A DNA stretch of 61,619 bases from a virus. Lineage: Duplodnaviria; Caudoviricetes. The stretch is from positions 1 to 61,619 of IMG/VR virus record IMGVR_UViG_3300037465_000172. The stretch is one strand, 5' to 3'. The notes under the pieces are model-generated. The model saw nothing but the letters and a program-made list of their open reading frames with translations, did not search any database and was not told where the DNA came from. This document shows, one piece after another, positions 19,265 through 29,692 of this stretch (its first letter is position 1; each line of letters begins with the position of its first letter). Made by a program: the position numbers and the translations under genes.

Positions 19265-20380
19265 TCAGCCTCCTATCGGGAGCGCGCACCGCATCTGCTC
19301 CTGTTTCTCAGCAGGAGTGTGATATTTTTGTACGAGCTTGTCGAAGAACTCGCGCCCCTTAATCTGTACGACGTCGGCGGGAATCACGTACTCGCCGACC
19401 GACAGTCGCGCCGGAACCTGATCGTCGATGCCCGAGCCATCGGTTGGACCCTCGTCGACCGGCCCCGCCGGATTGATCGGCATGCCGCCGTCCGCGAGCC
19501 CCATGCCAAGACCCACCAGACCGCCGATACCGCCCATCAGGTTTCCCTGCGCGGCGGCGTTAGCGTTGTAGCCTGCAAGCTGGTTTTGGTAACCCTGCGA
19601 CGCGATGCCTGCCGACTGCCCGATGCCCTGCAGCGCCTGCCCCGAGAAACCAAGGCTCGACGACAGCGCACCCGCGCTCGTGCCCGTTGTGGCGTTCGCG
19701 CCGCCCACACCCGCCTGACCGGCAGCGACGGATTGTCCGTAGCTCTGGGCTACCTGCGACGGCAGGCCGCGACCGATGTTGAGTGCGTCGGCGCGCAAGG
19801 CTCGCGCGGTATTGTCGACGCGCTGATCCGCCGCATTCGCCGCGCCAGCCTGCGCCGCTGCCTGCTGCGTGCGCACGCCGATATCGAGCGCCATGTTTCG
19901 CGTCTGCGACGGATCTATACCGTAGCTTTCAAGGCGCTGCAGGGCGTTGCGCCGCGCAGCGTCGAACGTGGACGAAACATCCGCGATCGCACGCCCGCGC
20001 TCTTCCATCCGACGACCGGGCGAATCGTAGTTCTGGAATTCGGTGATGAGGTTGTCTTCAAGCGGACGATAGACCTCTTCGTACCGCTGTCGATCTTCAC
20101 GTGCGTTGTCGAACTGATCCCGCATTGCGGGTAACTGAATGTCGAGCACGCGATTCAACGTGTCGCGATTCATCCGGTCCTGCTCGCGCGCCCACGCCAA
20201 CTGCTCACGCGAGAGGCCAAGCTGCTCGCGCGCTATCTCAGACGACATCTTGGTCTGTTCAGTCAAATCGGGCGGCTCTGGCGCGTCGTAACACGACATC
20301 AAAATTTGCGAAAACACGCGTTGATGTATGAAAGCACCCGCGTCACGCATTAGCATTTTGGAGCGTTCATGCCGGTTCAT
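19265..20380 (-). CDS. internal virion / DNA pilot protein
   Basis: Gln/Ala/Gly-rich; C-terminal GPTDGSGIDDQVPARLSVGEYVIPADVV. Confidence 0.65.
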   Translation of the reverse strand: MNRHERSKMLMRDAGAFIHQRVFSQILMSCYDAPEPPDLTEQTKMSSEIAREQLGLSREQLAWAREQDRMNRDTLNRVLDIQLPAMRDQFDNAREDRQRYEEVYRPLEDNLITEFQNYDSPGRRMEERGRAIADVSSTFDAARRNALQRLESYGIDPSQTRNMALDIGVRTQQAAAQAGAANAADQRVDNTARALRADALNIGRGLPSQVAQSYGQSVAAGQAGVGGANATTGTSAGALSSSLGFSGQALQGIGQSAGIASQGYQNQLAGYNANAAAQGNLMGGIGGLVGLGMGLADGGMPINPAGPVDEGPTDGSGIDDQVPARLSVGEYVIPADVVQIKGREFFDKLVQKYHTPAEKQEQMRCALPIGG

Positions 20381-20895
20381 TTACCCAACTCCTTAACCAT
20401 CACGACCGCCGAGGGCTTAAAGCCACGCCCGATGAGCCATGGAACGATATTTACCCCGCCAGCAAGATGTCGACTCGACAGCACCAGTACTTTGCAGCCA
20501 AGCGAAATCAGTGCCTTTTCAGCGTAGTCCAGCAGCGCATTCGCCGCCCCCTGCCCACGGCAGGTGGGGGTAAGATAGAGCGCGTCTTCGCGCGCCACCA
20601 TGTCCTGCTGTGCGTGGTTTGAACGGTGCACATAACACATCAAGTATCCGACCAGCTTTGTCTCGGCGTTGCGCACCGTGAACAAGACAAATTGCCCGCG
20701 CTCTTCGAACGCTGCGTACTTGTCGTAAGCGACGTCAAACTTAAGATCGGTAAAGCCCTCTTCGACTTCTTTCCAGTGTGCTTCCTGAAGGGGAGCAATC
20801 TCGGGGATCAGCGCCGACATTTTTTCGATGCCAAACGTGAACGTCTGCTCACGGGGCTTCACCGTACATGGTGGAAATGCGAAGTACTGAGTCAC
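20377..20895 (-). CDS. GNAT acetyltransferase
   Basis: LYLTPTCRGQGAANALL acetyl-CoA motif; probable GTG start at 20895 overlapping the upstream stop. Confidence 0.8.
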   Translation of the reverse strand: MTQYFAFPPCTVKPREQTFTFGIEKMSALIPEIAPLQEAHWKEVEEGFTDLKFDVAYDKYAAFEERGQFVLFTVRNAETKLVGYLMCYVHRSNHAQQDMVAREDALYLTPTCRGQGAANALLDYAEKALISLGCKVLVLSSRHLAGGVNIVPWLIGRGFKPSAVVMVKELGK

Positions 20896-21287
20896 ATCAA
20901 ATCCTGACAGTTTGGTAGCGGGTACTGCCGTCCACTCATCTTGGTGTACTGCACCATGATCTTTTGCAGCGAATCGGTATAGAGATGCTTCACCGTGGAA
21001 CTGGCCTGACATTGCTTGACGCGCAAATCAAGAATACGAGATTCGAGATCCGCCTCTCGCGCTTCGCGCCATTCCAGCTTTAGTTGTACGAGATCGTCCG
21101 CTTTCGCGAAACCGGGGTGCATGATAGCGAGGTAGCCGTAAGCGAGCGCGATGTGCACCACCAGTGCGCCAACAGTCGCAATAGAAACAATTGAGATGCT
21201 CCAGCGCCATCTACGATGCTCGTCAGGATGCGCGTCATCTGGAGGCGGAAACATGATGCGGAAAAAATCTATGACCATGTTTTTCAT
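20892..21287 (-). CDS. single-TM membrane protein (lysis accessory?)
   Basis: Hydrophobic segment followed by coiled coil; follows holin. Confidence 0.55.
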   Translation of the reverse strand: MKNMVIDFFRIMFPPPDDAHPDEHRRWRWSISIVSIATVGALVVHIALAYGYLAIMHPGFAKADDLVQLKLEWREAREADLESRILDLRVKQCQASSTVKHLYTDSLQKIMVQYTKMSGRQYPLPNCQDLM

Positions 21288-21811
21288 TTCTCTGCGTCCT
21301 TGCGAGCCATGAGGTCGTTCTTTTGTTTCGAACCAGCCGATGAGCCGAAGTAGTAACCGAGCACCATGCCAACAGCAAGGTCAAGCGTGCCAAGTCCGCG
21401 AATCACGATTTCGCGGTTCTCTTCCGGCACGAGGTACTGGAGTAAGTACCACTGTACGGCGAACCATCCAGTGATCACAATCGCGGCAATAATGCGCGGC
21501 GTCCAATTGTCGCCGGTTTTGATCTCACGTTCCCGCGCGCTAGCACGGTCTTCGTACGCAAGTTTGTTGCGCTCAACTTCAAGTTCTTCCATTGCCTTCT
21601 TGAAGTCGAACTCAGCCTGCTTGAGCTTCAGCAGAGTATCTGGGTTTGCGGCGACCATCGCTTCGGCAACCGCATCCTCCCCGGCATCCGGATTGCCAAG
21701 CACTTTGTCGGCAATCGTCTTGACGGCAACGCCCGCAAGTGGGCCGCCGAGTGCCGTAGCCAACGTGGGCGCGACTGCGCCGACAATTTTCTTCCAGTCA
21801 GGTTTCGCCAT
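21284..21811 (-). CDS. holin (3-TM GTA-holin type)
   Basis: APTLATALGGPLAG, DRASARERE, two C-terminal TMs, YYFGSSAGS. Confidence 0.8.
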   Translation of the reverse strand: MAKPDWKKIVGAVAPTLATALGGPLAGVAVKTIADKVLGNPDAGEDAVAEAMVAANPDTLLKLKQAEFDFKKAMEELEVERNKLAYEDRASAREREIKTGDNWTPRIIAAIVITGWFAVQWYLLQYLVPEENREIVIRGLGTLDLAVGMVLGYYFGSSAGSKQKNDLMARKDAEK

Positions 21812-22362
21812 TAGACCACCACACGGTTGCGGAGCCACCCGAACACAAAGGTTTCATCCTTCTTGCGACGTTCGACCAGCTCGATATAGTAAGTACCTTG
21901 AAGGCAGTTGAGAGCCTTGAGCAGCGCGGCAACACCGTTGCTCCCGCGCTTAAAGAAAAACCCACGAAGCGCGTGCATCGTCATCGGGCCAATCAGACCG
22001 TCAATCTCGACGTCGTTGTAATCCTGCTCAAGCCTGTTGAAAACGTTCAGGGAGCGCTGCAAAAACTTGACGGCGACTGCGGGGCCACAGTTCACCGCCG
22101 TATCGAAAACTTCGTTCGCAAGCGGACGCGAAAGTTCAGCGATTTCATCGAGCTTCAACTGTTTCCAGAACTGCTCGAAGTAAACCTTGCGCGCAAACTC
22201 GAACGGCATCTCGTTCATCGGGCCAACATATCCGTACACGCGGGCCAAACGCTCTGTTACGCCAAAGCGCGTCTTGCCGCCGCTGTCGTTGGGATCGTCG
22301 GAATAGTCACCTTCTACGCCCACGGTATGCGTCAGCGCTTCGAGAAAGGCCGGTGAATCCAT
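21811..22362 (-). CDS. endolysin, glycoside hydrolase family 108 + peptidoglycan-binding domain
   Basis: EGDYSDDPNDSGGKTRFGVT, FDTAVNCG, DGLIGPMT, FVFGWLRNRV. Confidence 0.92.
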   Translation of the reverse strand: MDSPAFLEALTHTVGVEGDYSDDPNDSGGKTRFGVTERLARVYGYVGPMNEMPFEFARKVYFEQFWKQLKLDEIAELSRPLANEVFDTAVNCGPAVAVKFLQRSLNVFNRLEQDYNDVEIDGLIGPMTMHALRGFFFKRGSNGVAALLKALNCLQGTYYIELVERRKKDETFVFGWLRNRVVV

Positions 22363-22386
22363 GAACCCTCCAGAGAGTGCGGGACT

Positions 22387-22416
22387 TCTATATCATTTTC
22401 CCACAGGTGTTAGCAA
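22387..22416 (-). promoter_or_regulatory. possible sigma70 promoter for lysis genes
   Basis: TTGCTA-18 bp-TATAGA with TG extension. Confidence 0.3.
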
Positions 22417-22417
22417 G

Positions 22418-23023
22418 TTAGGTGGCGTCACGGGTGATCGAGATACGCTCGCTGCCGTCCATGCTAGCAACGATACGGTTCTTGGTGTCGCCAAGATCCC
22501 GGAATCGGACCGTCGCCGTGCCGTTGCCGTTGTCTGTGATCGTGGACTTGCCGTGCGCCACAGAAGCAAGCAACCGCATCATTTGTTCGGCGGTCAGCCC
22601 CACTTCCAAAACGTATGCCCACACCTGCGCTGCGGTAAGTCCGCTACCACCGCTTGTCGCTACCGTGATAGCTTGCACCGGCTGCTGGTAATTGATGCGC
22701 ACGATGAATGACCCTATGGTATTGATGAACGGATCACCGCCGCCATCGACCAGCAGAATTCCATTTGTTACCGCCAGCGTGTGGCTCGCTTCCTGCGGTC
22801 GGATGCGCCAGCCGTTTCTCAAGAACGCATAGGCAGGGATGAACGTTCCCGCGCTTAAGTCGATCGGGTCGCCGCCTACGGAGCTGAACGCCTCAACATA
22901 TTTTGCGTTGTCGCTAGCAATGACCCAGTCTTTCCACCGCGAGTAAAGATCCTTGACGTCAAGCTCGACTGTCCCCGCCGAGAGGACTATCAGCTTGTTA
23001 GGACCGTCGAAGGAAATAGCCAT
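22418..23023 (-). CDS. virion structural / tail appendage protein
   Basis: LYSRWKDW..F..VGGDPI..NGWRIRP; resembles the N-terminus of the 634-aa protein. Confidence 0.55.
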   Translation of the reverse strand: MAISFDGPNKLIVLSAGTVELDVKDLYSRWKDWVIASDNAKYVEAFSSVGGDPIDLSAGTFIPAYAFLRNGWRIRPQEASHTLAVTNGILLVDGGGDPFINTIGSFIVRINYQQPVQAITVATSGGSGLTAAQVWAYVLEVGLTAEQMMRLLASVAHGKSTITDNGNGTATVRFRDLGDTKNRIVASMDGSERISITRDAT

Positions 23024-23025
23024 AG

Positions 23026-25659
23026 TTACGGATTCGCGTACTGGCGATCAATAACTTGCGATACAGGAATGCTTGCATCAGAAGTCGTACTGTAATTTAA
23101 GATGCGCAGGTTCTGGTAGTTGAGCGCTAGCACCACAATGTCAACAGCCGTACCGCTAGGAATCGAGAAAGTGTGCGAGCCCGTCGTAACGTTCTCATTG
23201 CCAGTCCCCGCGCGCTCCGTCTGAGTGCCCGCGTCGAACACGCGGACTTCGCTGGGATTTTTCAGGTTCGTAAGCGTAATGCTGACGTTGGCGTTGATCG
23301 TAGTCGAGGCACCCGTGCCATTGCGCACAGTAGGAGTCCCACCACCGCCGACAATGTTCAACGTAACCGCGCCACCGGAGTCGTTGTAGATAGCCGCATT
23401 GGTCGTACCGTCTGCGCCGTATCCGCTAAAAACGTTACCGTCGAACGTATAGGTGCCCGGAGTCGTGAGCACGAGCGCATGGCCTGTACCGCCAGACGTA
23501 AACAAACAGTCTGAAATATTGGACGGATTATTGCACGTAATGGTGCAGTTCGTGAATGACGAGTTTGAGATCGCCGCACTGTTCTGCGTGAACGTCGTGC
23601 AGTTAATAAACGCCATGTTGTCGAACGTATAGACAGCGCGCAATGTGACCGTCGCGTTCACGACCGTCGACCCAGTAAAGTCGTATGTCGCAGAAGCAGA
23701 AGCTGCAGCGTCAAACTCCCAGCGGTATTTACTGCCGGACGTAAACACACAGTTCGTCATGCGAATGACGTCGCCAGCTTTACCTTTAAAAATGATGCCA
23801 GAAACGTTATCACCAGCGTTCCACGCGAAATAGTTGATGCCATTCCAACGACGAGGGAATTGGATCGTGTTCAGATTAAAGCTGAGCGCGACGTTGTTCC
23901 CACCGCCAACTTGAATCGGGCACCATATCGTCACGGCATCACCGGAGATCACGCCGAACGGAAAGTAACCGCAGCTCCTGTTCAGGGCGTTGATGTACTG
24001 CTGGAAGGTCAACGGATTTGTCAGGGTTCCTCCAGCAATGCACATCTTTGTGACGATGACGAACATCGAAAAGTCGATGTCTGCCTGACCTGCTGCAGAT
24101 ACAACCAAAAACTGGACGCGGTTCACAGCAGATTTATTGATGGTGCCACGAATGGCAACTTCCTGCGCGGCTCCATTCCAGTCGATGGCATAGACATTTC
24201 GACCGTTGATGTCCATGTCGAGTGCGCTACGAGCCGAGATCGCATACGTCTCGTAGTTATCACTGGCGTCGATAAGATTGATGGCGAGTCCTGCACCAAT
24301 ATCATTTGCCGTCCTGAATCCCATGTCGATAGCGCAGTCGCGAGGCAGAACTCCGCGATACGTCCCTAAAATGATGCCAGTGTCTAGATCGACAGCCGCG
24401 CCAAAGTTCAGCTGAAAGCCACTGATCGTTGTTGGACTGGCGACTGGCGTGGCACGAGATGCGTTCAAATAGGGGTTCGTACCAGCGTCGGCCGACGCAG
24501 TGACGGCGTCGAAGCTCAGATTCACACCATTACGGCGAACTTGCGTTATTACTGGCGTCGTCGTGAAAGTGACCGTAATGCGCGAGCGCACCCAGAACAG
24601 CCCGGATACACCGTTAACAGTGGTAGTGGCCCAATCTGTCGGAGCGTCGAACGCTACACGCTGGTTCGTAGCGGTGTAATTACCAGTCGCGCCAGACAAC
24701 GTCGCCCACGCGGAGCCATTCCAGTATTCCCACACTACGGTGCCGCCCGCACCCGCCGTAGACAGCAGGAAGACAATGCTGCGAAAAGTCGTAGCATGAC
24801 CAAAATACAGGGCATTCCCAACACCCGTTGTAAATGTGACGTCAGCCGCAGTTGAGTTATTTGCTTCTGTCGTCAGGTCAGTAAACACACTACCGGCGTC
24901 ACGCTGCACGCTGTCAAAGTCCCTTCCCACAAGAGAGGGGGTTAAAGAAGTGGGGTACGTGTCTGACTCAGTAGTAGCTGACGTGAGCGCGCGGACCATT
25001 GTCGCGACGCTTTCCACAGGGTCCGAATACGCCTCGATCTGCGTCGGGTTTGTCTGATTTCGGAGAGCGAACACAACGCCACGACCATCATCATTTGCAC
25101 CGCCAAACCAACTGCATGCCGAAAGTGCCGCGCTAGCACGCTGGACAGTGTACGCAACGCCTGTCGAGTTTGCTCCGCTGTCGCCGTTGTACAAGTTGAC
25201 AAACGGCGGATAAGCCGTCGGGCCAAGTCCTGTGTCGGAGAACCAAGAGTGAAACACGAGAGCATCGACCTCTGGAGAAATAGTAGCCCCGGCAGGCCCA
25301 ACAAACGGAATAGTCGTATCATCAGCTGCGCTCTCCGCACTAACGATGATCGGATTGACAGTGTCGCATTCGTCGACGCTGACGACGCACACCGTCCAGT
25401 TCTCAGCCGTACCAGTTGTAACCGTCAGCGTTTCTACTGCGCTCGCAGCAAGCCGCCACGCAACGCGGTACGCTGCACCAGCAGTTAAACCGTCTTGAAT
25501 GTTAGTCCAACCAGTAGGTAGATTGACAGCAACAGCACCGTCCTTCGACGCGAACATCAACAAGATGTCGTTCGCCTCATGCACGGGCATGTTGCAAACT
25601 AGCGAAGCCGATGTCGACGAGCCTAGCTCAGTTACCGCGAAGTCCCTGATCTTGGCCAT
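23026..25659 (-). CDS. tail spike/appendage protein with probable beta-helix C-terminus
   Basis: 877 aa, Thr/Gly/Ser-rich; repeated xNCxF motifs near the C-terminus. Confidence 0.6.
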   Translation of the reverse strand: MAKIRDFAVTELGSSTSASLVCNMPVHEANDILLMFASKDGAVAVNLPTGWTNIQDGLTAGAAYRVAWRLAASAVETLTVTTGTAENWTVCVVSVDECDTVNPIIVSAESAADDTTIPFVGPAGATISPEVDALVFHSWFSDTGLGPTAYPPFVNLYNGDSGANSTGVAYTVQRASAALSACSWFGGANDDGRGVVFALRNQTNPTQIEAYSDPVESVATMVRALTSATTESDTYPTSLTPSLVGRDFDSVQRDAGSVFTDLTTEANNSTAADVTFTTGVGNALYFGHATTFRSIVFLLSTAGAGGTVVWEYWNGSAWATLSGATGNYTATNQRVAFDAPTDWATTTVNGVSGLFWVRSRITVTFTTTPVITQVRRNGVNLSFDAVTASADAGTNPYLNASRATPVASPTTISGFQLNFGAAVDLDTGIILGTYRGVLPRDCAIDMGFRTANDIGAGLAINLIDASDNYETYAISARSALDMDINGRNVYAIDWNGAAQEVAIRGTINKSAVNRVQFLVVSAAGQADIDFSMFVIVTKMCIAGGTLTNPLTFQQYINALNRSCGYFPFGVISGDAVTIWCPIQVGGGNNVALSFNLNTIQFPRRWNGINYFAWNAGDNVSGIIFKGKAGDVIRMTNCVFTSGSKYRWEFDAAASASATYDFTGSTVVNATVTLRAVYTFDNMAFINCTTFTQNSAAISNSSFTNCTITCNNPSNISDCLFTSGGTGHALVLTTPGTYTFDGNVFSGYGADGTTNAAIYNDSGGAVTLNIVGGGGTPTVRNGTGASTTINANVSITLTNLKNPSEVRVFDAGTQTERAGTGNENVTTGSHTFSIPSGTAVDIVVLALNYQNLRILNYSTTSDASIPVSQVIDRQYANP

Positions 25660-25671
25660 CAGGAGGCTCCT

Positions 25672-27576
25672 TTACGGGTTCTGATAGTTGCGCTCAAGAG
25701 CCGCAACCAGAGATACCGAATTGCTGATGCTGCGAGCAATCACACCGGTAGCGCGCACGTATTGGCCAGTGGCGAGGCCGATCGCGACTACAGTAATGTC
25801 TGCGTCCGTACCTGCAGTCCGCCCGCCCTGCGTGTTACCGTCGTAGTTGAACGTTCGGGTGATGCTCGTTTGCCCGCTCACGTTACCGCTTATATCCACG
25901 CCGAAGTTGTCGTCGACAATGATCGCTCCACTTTCGCCAAAGTCATTTCCGGCTCCCGGCAAAGTCGTGAAAAAGACGCGATACACCGCATCAGGGTCCG
26001 CCACGATGTTGGCACCAAAATTAAGCGTAAGCGTTGCTACAAACGGAAACGTGCGCTGCGTGTTGGTGTTGTCGAAAAACTGTAAGCGGTTTGTATCGTC
26101 CGATTTGAATCCTTCAATGATTACACCGCTACCACCGCCGTTGGGATTGTTGGGTTGCGCAAGCGACGGCGCACGACCGCAAACAAGCGTGTCGCCGACA
26201 AAATACATGATCTGATCAGCGGTCTTGCCAATAACCGATTGATCAGTAGCATCGATGTCAGAGTTCTGACGAAGGCGGTATTGAACCGCCGTGTAGATTT
26301 GTTCTGCAGATGCTGGAACACTAGTGGCGGGGTAGATCGTGAACGACTGGTTGCTAACAGTGCTCGGAAACGTCGTCGTGATTGTTACGGTCGTCGCCGT
26401 GGGGTTTCCGCTAATCGTGTAGGTACCCGCATTCGCGCCTTCGTGGATAACAAGCGTGCCGCCAGCGTAGAAGTTATTCTCTGTATTGATATTGCCTTCA
26501 GAAGTCGTCAAGACATTACCGCTTGACGTCGAAGATCCGTCAACCCCCGAATGGGTGCCGACATCGACTACGATGCCAAAGTTACGGTCCGTAGTAGAGT
26601 CGACATCTCGCGTAAACGCCTGATCAAAGTACCGAATCTGCACAAGATCGTAAATCGTACGAACGTTACCGCCTGAAGTGTACGTGCCCGGATTGCTTCC
26701 AAGAGCAAGCGTGAACGTATCGGTATCGACAACCGTTACAACTCCGCGCACGTTGTAGGCAGTAGGTGTAACTCCCGTAATCCGCACGTAGTCGCCAGTC
26801 GTAAGCCCGTGCGCTACGCTAGTGTTGACCGTCAGGACGTTGGACGCCCACGAAGCAGACGAGATGCTAACATTCAGTCCAACTGTTGCGTCATTTGCAA
26901 CGATTTTCAGATCGGACCCGGTCGAGATCGGAAAACGATACGCTTGCGACTGCAAACTCGTAACACCAATATCGGACAGCGACGCCTTGCCGTAAAGCTG
27001 CGCGTACTCGCGCGCGAACAGGTTAAAGACCGTGCGACGGTCAAAGTCCGAACCTTCAGTGTAGACGCCGTTACCATTATCGTCGCGCAGGATCTGCACA
27101 GCTTGGTTGATCTGCCCCGTAAGCTGCACGTTCGTCGACGCGCCACCCGTCGTTTGCTGGAAGTAAAGCTGGTCGTTTGTCTCAATGCTGCCCAGTCCAA
27201 TAATGCCCGCCCATTGCTGGGTGACGTTGCCTGACGAATTCTTAACTGTCCAACCGGCGTCGCGAATCAGATACCGCGCCGTGTCATTCTCGAAATCCCA
27301 TCCGTCAACAAGCTCAAAGCTCTCGTCCGTAATTGGAACCATCGGAAACGGAAAAGCCGCGAGGTTTTTTGCGTTCGGATCTGAGCGCCACTCTTCCTTG
27401 AGAAACGAGTAAAGCGCCTTAAGAGTCACGCCGTTCTCATTTTGCACCCCAGTATTGTTAAGGTTGCCAACGATCACGAGTTTGATACGCCGCGTAGAAG
27501 TATTGATATATACCTCTTCGCTATTGTTGTCGGTAGCGCTATCAGCCAACAGGTCCGGATCAGTAATCTTAGCCAT
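25672..27576 (-). CDS. virion structural / tail appendage protein
   Basis: ATG at 27576 after GGAG; Thr/Ser-rich beta protein with HGLTTGDYVRITG domain. Confidence 0.6.
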   Translation of the reverse strand: MAKITDPDLLADSATDNNSEEVYINTSTRRIKLVIVGNLNNTGVQNENGVTLKALYSFLKEEWRSDPNAKNLAAFPFPMVPITDESFELVDGWDFENDTARYLIRDAGWTVKNSSGNVTQQWAGIIGLGSIETNDQLYFQQTTGGASTNVQLTGQINQAVQILRDDNGNGVYTEGSDFDRRTVFNLFAREYAQLYGKASLSDIGVTSLQSQAYRFPISTGSDLKIVANDATVGLNVSISSASWASNVLTVNTSVAHGLTTGDYVRITGVTPTAYNVRGVVTVVDTDTFTLALGSNPGTYTSGGNVRTIYDLVQIRYFDQAFTRDVDSTTDRNFGIVVDVGTHSGVDGSSTSSGNVLTTSEGNINTENNFYAGGTLVIHEGANAGTYTISGNPTATTVTITTTFPSTVSNQSFTIYPATSVPASAEQIYTAVQYRLRQNSDIDATDQSVIGKTADQIMYFVGDTLVCGRAPSLAQPNNPNGGGSGVIIEGFKSDDTNRLQFFDNTNTQRTFPFVATLTLNFGANIVADPDAVYRVFFTTLPGAGNDFGESGAIIVDDNFGVDISGNVSGQTSITRTFNYDGNTQGGRTAGTDADITVVAIGLATGQYVRATGVIARSISNSVSLVAALERNYQNP

Positions 27577-27578
27577 GA

Positions 27579-27863
27579 TCAACTCCACCCAGCGGGGAAG
27601 TAATTGTTCAAAGAACTGCCCGAGCCACCTGAGTTACTTGAGATGACTTCGGGATTGAGTACAAACCGTCCGTTGAAAATCGAAATGAGCCCCAGCTCAA
27701 CAAGATCAGAAACTCGAATAAACGAGCTTGGAATGTCAGCCGTACGACGCTGCCCAATCTCAAGCGCTTCCTTGACTGCCTGTAAAGCTGCAGAGTGATT
27801 TTGTAAATCCTGCGTGATAGCAGGAATGTTCGGATACTTACGAGTCGCCCCGACAGCCATCAC
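27579..27863 (-). CDS. small tail protein
   Basis: Follows the nozzle gene; LQAVKEALEI..R pattern. Confidence 0.55.
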   Translation of the reverse strand: MMAVGATRKYPNIPAITQDLQNHSAALQAVKEALEIGQRRTADIPSSFIRVSDLVELGLISIFNGRFVLNPEVISSNSGGSGSSLNNYFPAGWS

Positions 27864-29689
27864 ACTTTCTCCAGTTCCCGACCAGTCTCGGCGATCGAAA
27901 CCGAGTATACGGTCGTGTTCGAGATCATTTCAAACTGCCAGATATCTTTCTTGAATCCTGCAGGGAGGCGGACCATTTGCTCATTGCGAATGATTTTATC
28001 GAAGACCTTCTCGTCATTTGCATAGGCGATAAAGCGAACGCCGGATTGCTCCAATCCTAAATCGTTAAGCGGATAGAGCGGGCCTCCACCTAGCGGCATG
28101 CGATTCTCGGGTTCAGTCCACCCCGGTACGAGCCCCGCGTTCTCCACGCCGTGCAGCGCATGGCCATTGAGCGTGTCTAACGACCCCGCATCGAAACGCG
28201 CCTTGTTATAGGGGCCGTAGTAATCTTCGATATCCTCCGTAACGTCGACGTCACCCGTCTCAAATTTAATTTTGAGCGCGCCAAAATTAAGTGGCTTCGG
28301 CAAGTGAAATTTCTTGGACTTCCAACGCCAATACACGCGCTCAGAATTCTGCGGGTCGAACTCCCACACACGATCCTGATAAATCAAATACACAAGACCG
28401 TTGTACCGATCCGTCTCGATGCCAAGAACATCGTCGAACCGATCCAGCTCAACAAGACGCGCTGTCGGCTCGGTGGGGTTAAAGATAAAAGCGTTGGACT
28501 CGTCCGAAAACGCAATGTACTGTAGACCGTACGAAGCGGCGTACAACGTTTCAGGAAAATAACGCGAAAACCATTCTTCACGCGTCAACAAATCCTGTGT
28601 GACAAGCTGCACACCGGACTGGTTCACCATCATGAGACCGTTAATCGACGGAAAATAAACCCCCGCTTCAGTCGTGACCATGCCGCGCCGCGACAGACAT
28701 GGTGTGATTGCGTCAAGTTTTTGAACCGTAAACGATGCTGGCGTCACGCCTTGACCCACGTACGGGTTTGAACGCGTTCCGATAACAAGCGTGTTGCCAA
28801 ACACGGCAAGAGAGACAATTTCAAACTCAACGCCGATCTCATATTCAACAGGCCATGCATGCGGGCGGTACGGCTCGCTGAAAAGCAGGCGACGACCAAC
28901 CCATCCAACGAGGAAACCGTTCGGCATGGCGACCCAGCCTTCGAGGTCTTCGGGTGGCTCAACCCACGACGTCGACTCAAGCGTGTTGTTGAGCGCGACA
29001 ATGTCATCTGCCGCAGCGTCGTTGTAGGTCGTGTCACTCAGCAACACTTCAGCGACAAAGAAAAACAGATTCGACACATTGCCCGGAACCGTACGGTAAA
29101 TTTTCTTTGTCTTGATATTGCGAAACGCACCATCAGGCACTGACGTCTCAAGTCCACTTAACACCCACGTACCAAACGCGCCTGCTTGGACCGAGGAAGG
29201 AGGAGATGGTGGGCCTTCTTCTCCGTACTCGCTGACAAATGTATAAACGTAAGAGCGCGAACTGTCTGTACCGCTAGGCGGCGAAACCGTAGGAGCCGTG
29301 CCCGGTACTGGTACACCAAGATAGAACTCAGGGAATCCATCGCGAATGCGTTGGAACGTGTTGTATTTTGGCCGCCCGTCTCCCGCCCAATAGTAACGAT
29401 CAAACAAATCGTTCAAGATCGGTGAGCGAACGATGTCGACATTGCGACTATCGAACGCAAGCCAGATATCGCTTTCATAAGTGTAGTCAACGTACGGAAT
29501 GCGATAGGCGCGACGCACTGTGAAATATTGATCGGTAAGATCCTTGATTTGACGAGGAACACGAAAACCGCGAACTTCCCCAGAAAGCAGCTTCGTGTTC
29601 TTCGCGGTCGCAGCGGCGTTGACCGGCAGCAGCCGCTCCGAGCGACGAGGAACAAGTCCAGTGAAGTCCTCAAGCCGCATTGCAACCAT
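27860..29689 (-). CDS. tail tubular B / nozzle (stabilisation) protein
   Basis: F.GLVPR, RSYVYTFVSEYGEEGPPS, FSEPYRPHAWP, WRWKSKKF. Confidence 0.75.
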   Translation of the reverse strand: MVAMRLEDFTGLVPRRSERLLPVNAAATAKNTKLLSGEVRGFRVPRQIKDLTDQYFTVRRAYRIPYVDYTYESDIWLAFDSRNVDIVRSPILNDLFDRYYWAGDGRPKYNTFQRIRDGFPEFYLGVPVPGTAPTVSPPSGTDSSRSYVYTFVSEYGEEGPPSPPSSVQAGAFGTWVLSGLETSVPDGAFRNIKTKKIYRTVPGNVSNLFFFVAEVLLSDTTYNDAAADDIVALNNTLESTSWVEPPEDLEGWVAMPNGFLVGWVGRRLLFSEPYRPHAWPVEYEIGVEFEIVSLAVFGNTLVIGTRSNPYVGQGVTPASFTVQKLDAITPCLSRRGMVTTEAGVYFPSINGLMMVNQSGVQLVTQDLLTREEWFSRYFPETLYAASYGLQYIAFSDESNAFIFNPTEPTARLVELDRFDDVLGIETDRYNGLVYLIYQDRVWEFDPQNSERVYWRWKSKKFHLPKPLNFGALKIKFETGDVDVTEDIEDYYGPYNKARFDAGSLDTLNGHALHGVENAGLVPGWTEPENRMPLGGGPLYPLNDLGLEQSGVRFIAYANDEKVFDKIIRNEQMVRLPAGFKKDIWQFEMISNTTVYSVSIAETGRELEKV

Positions 29690-29692
29690 AAA

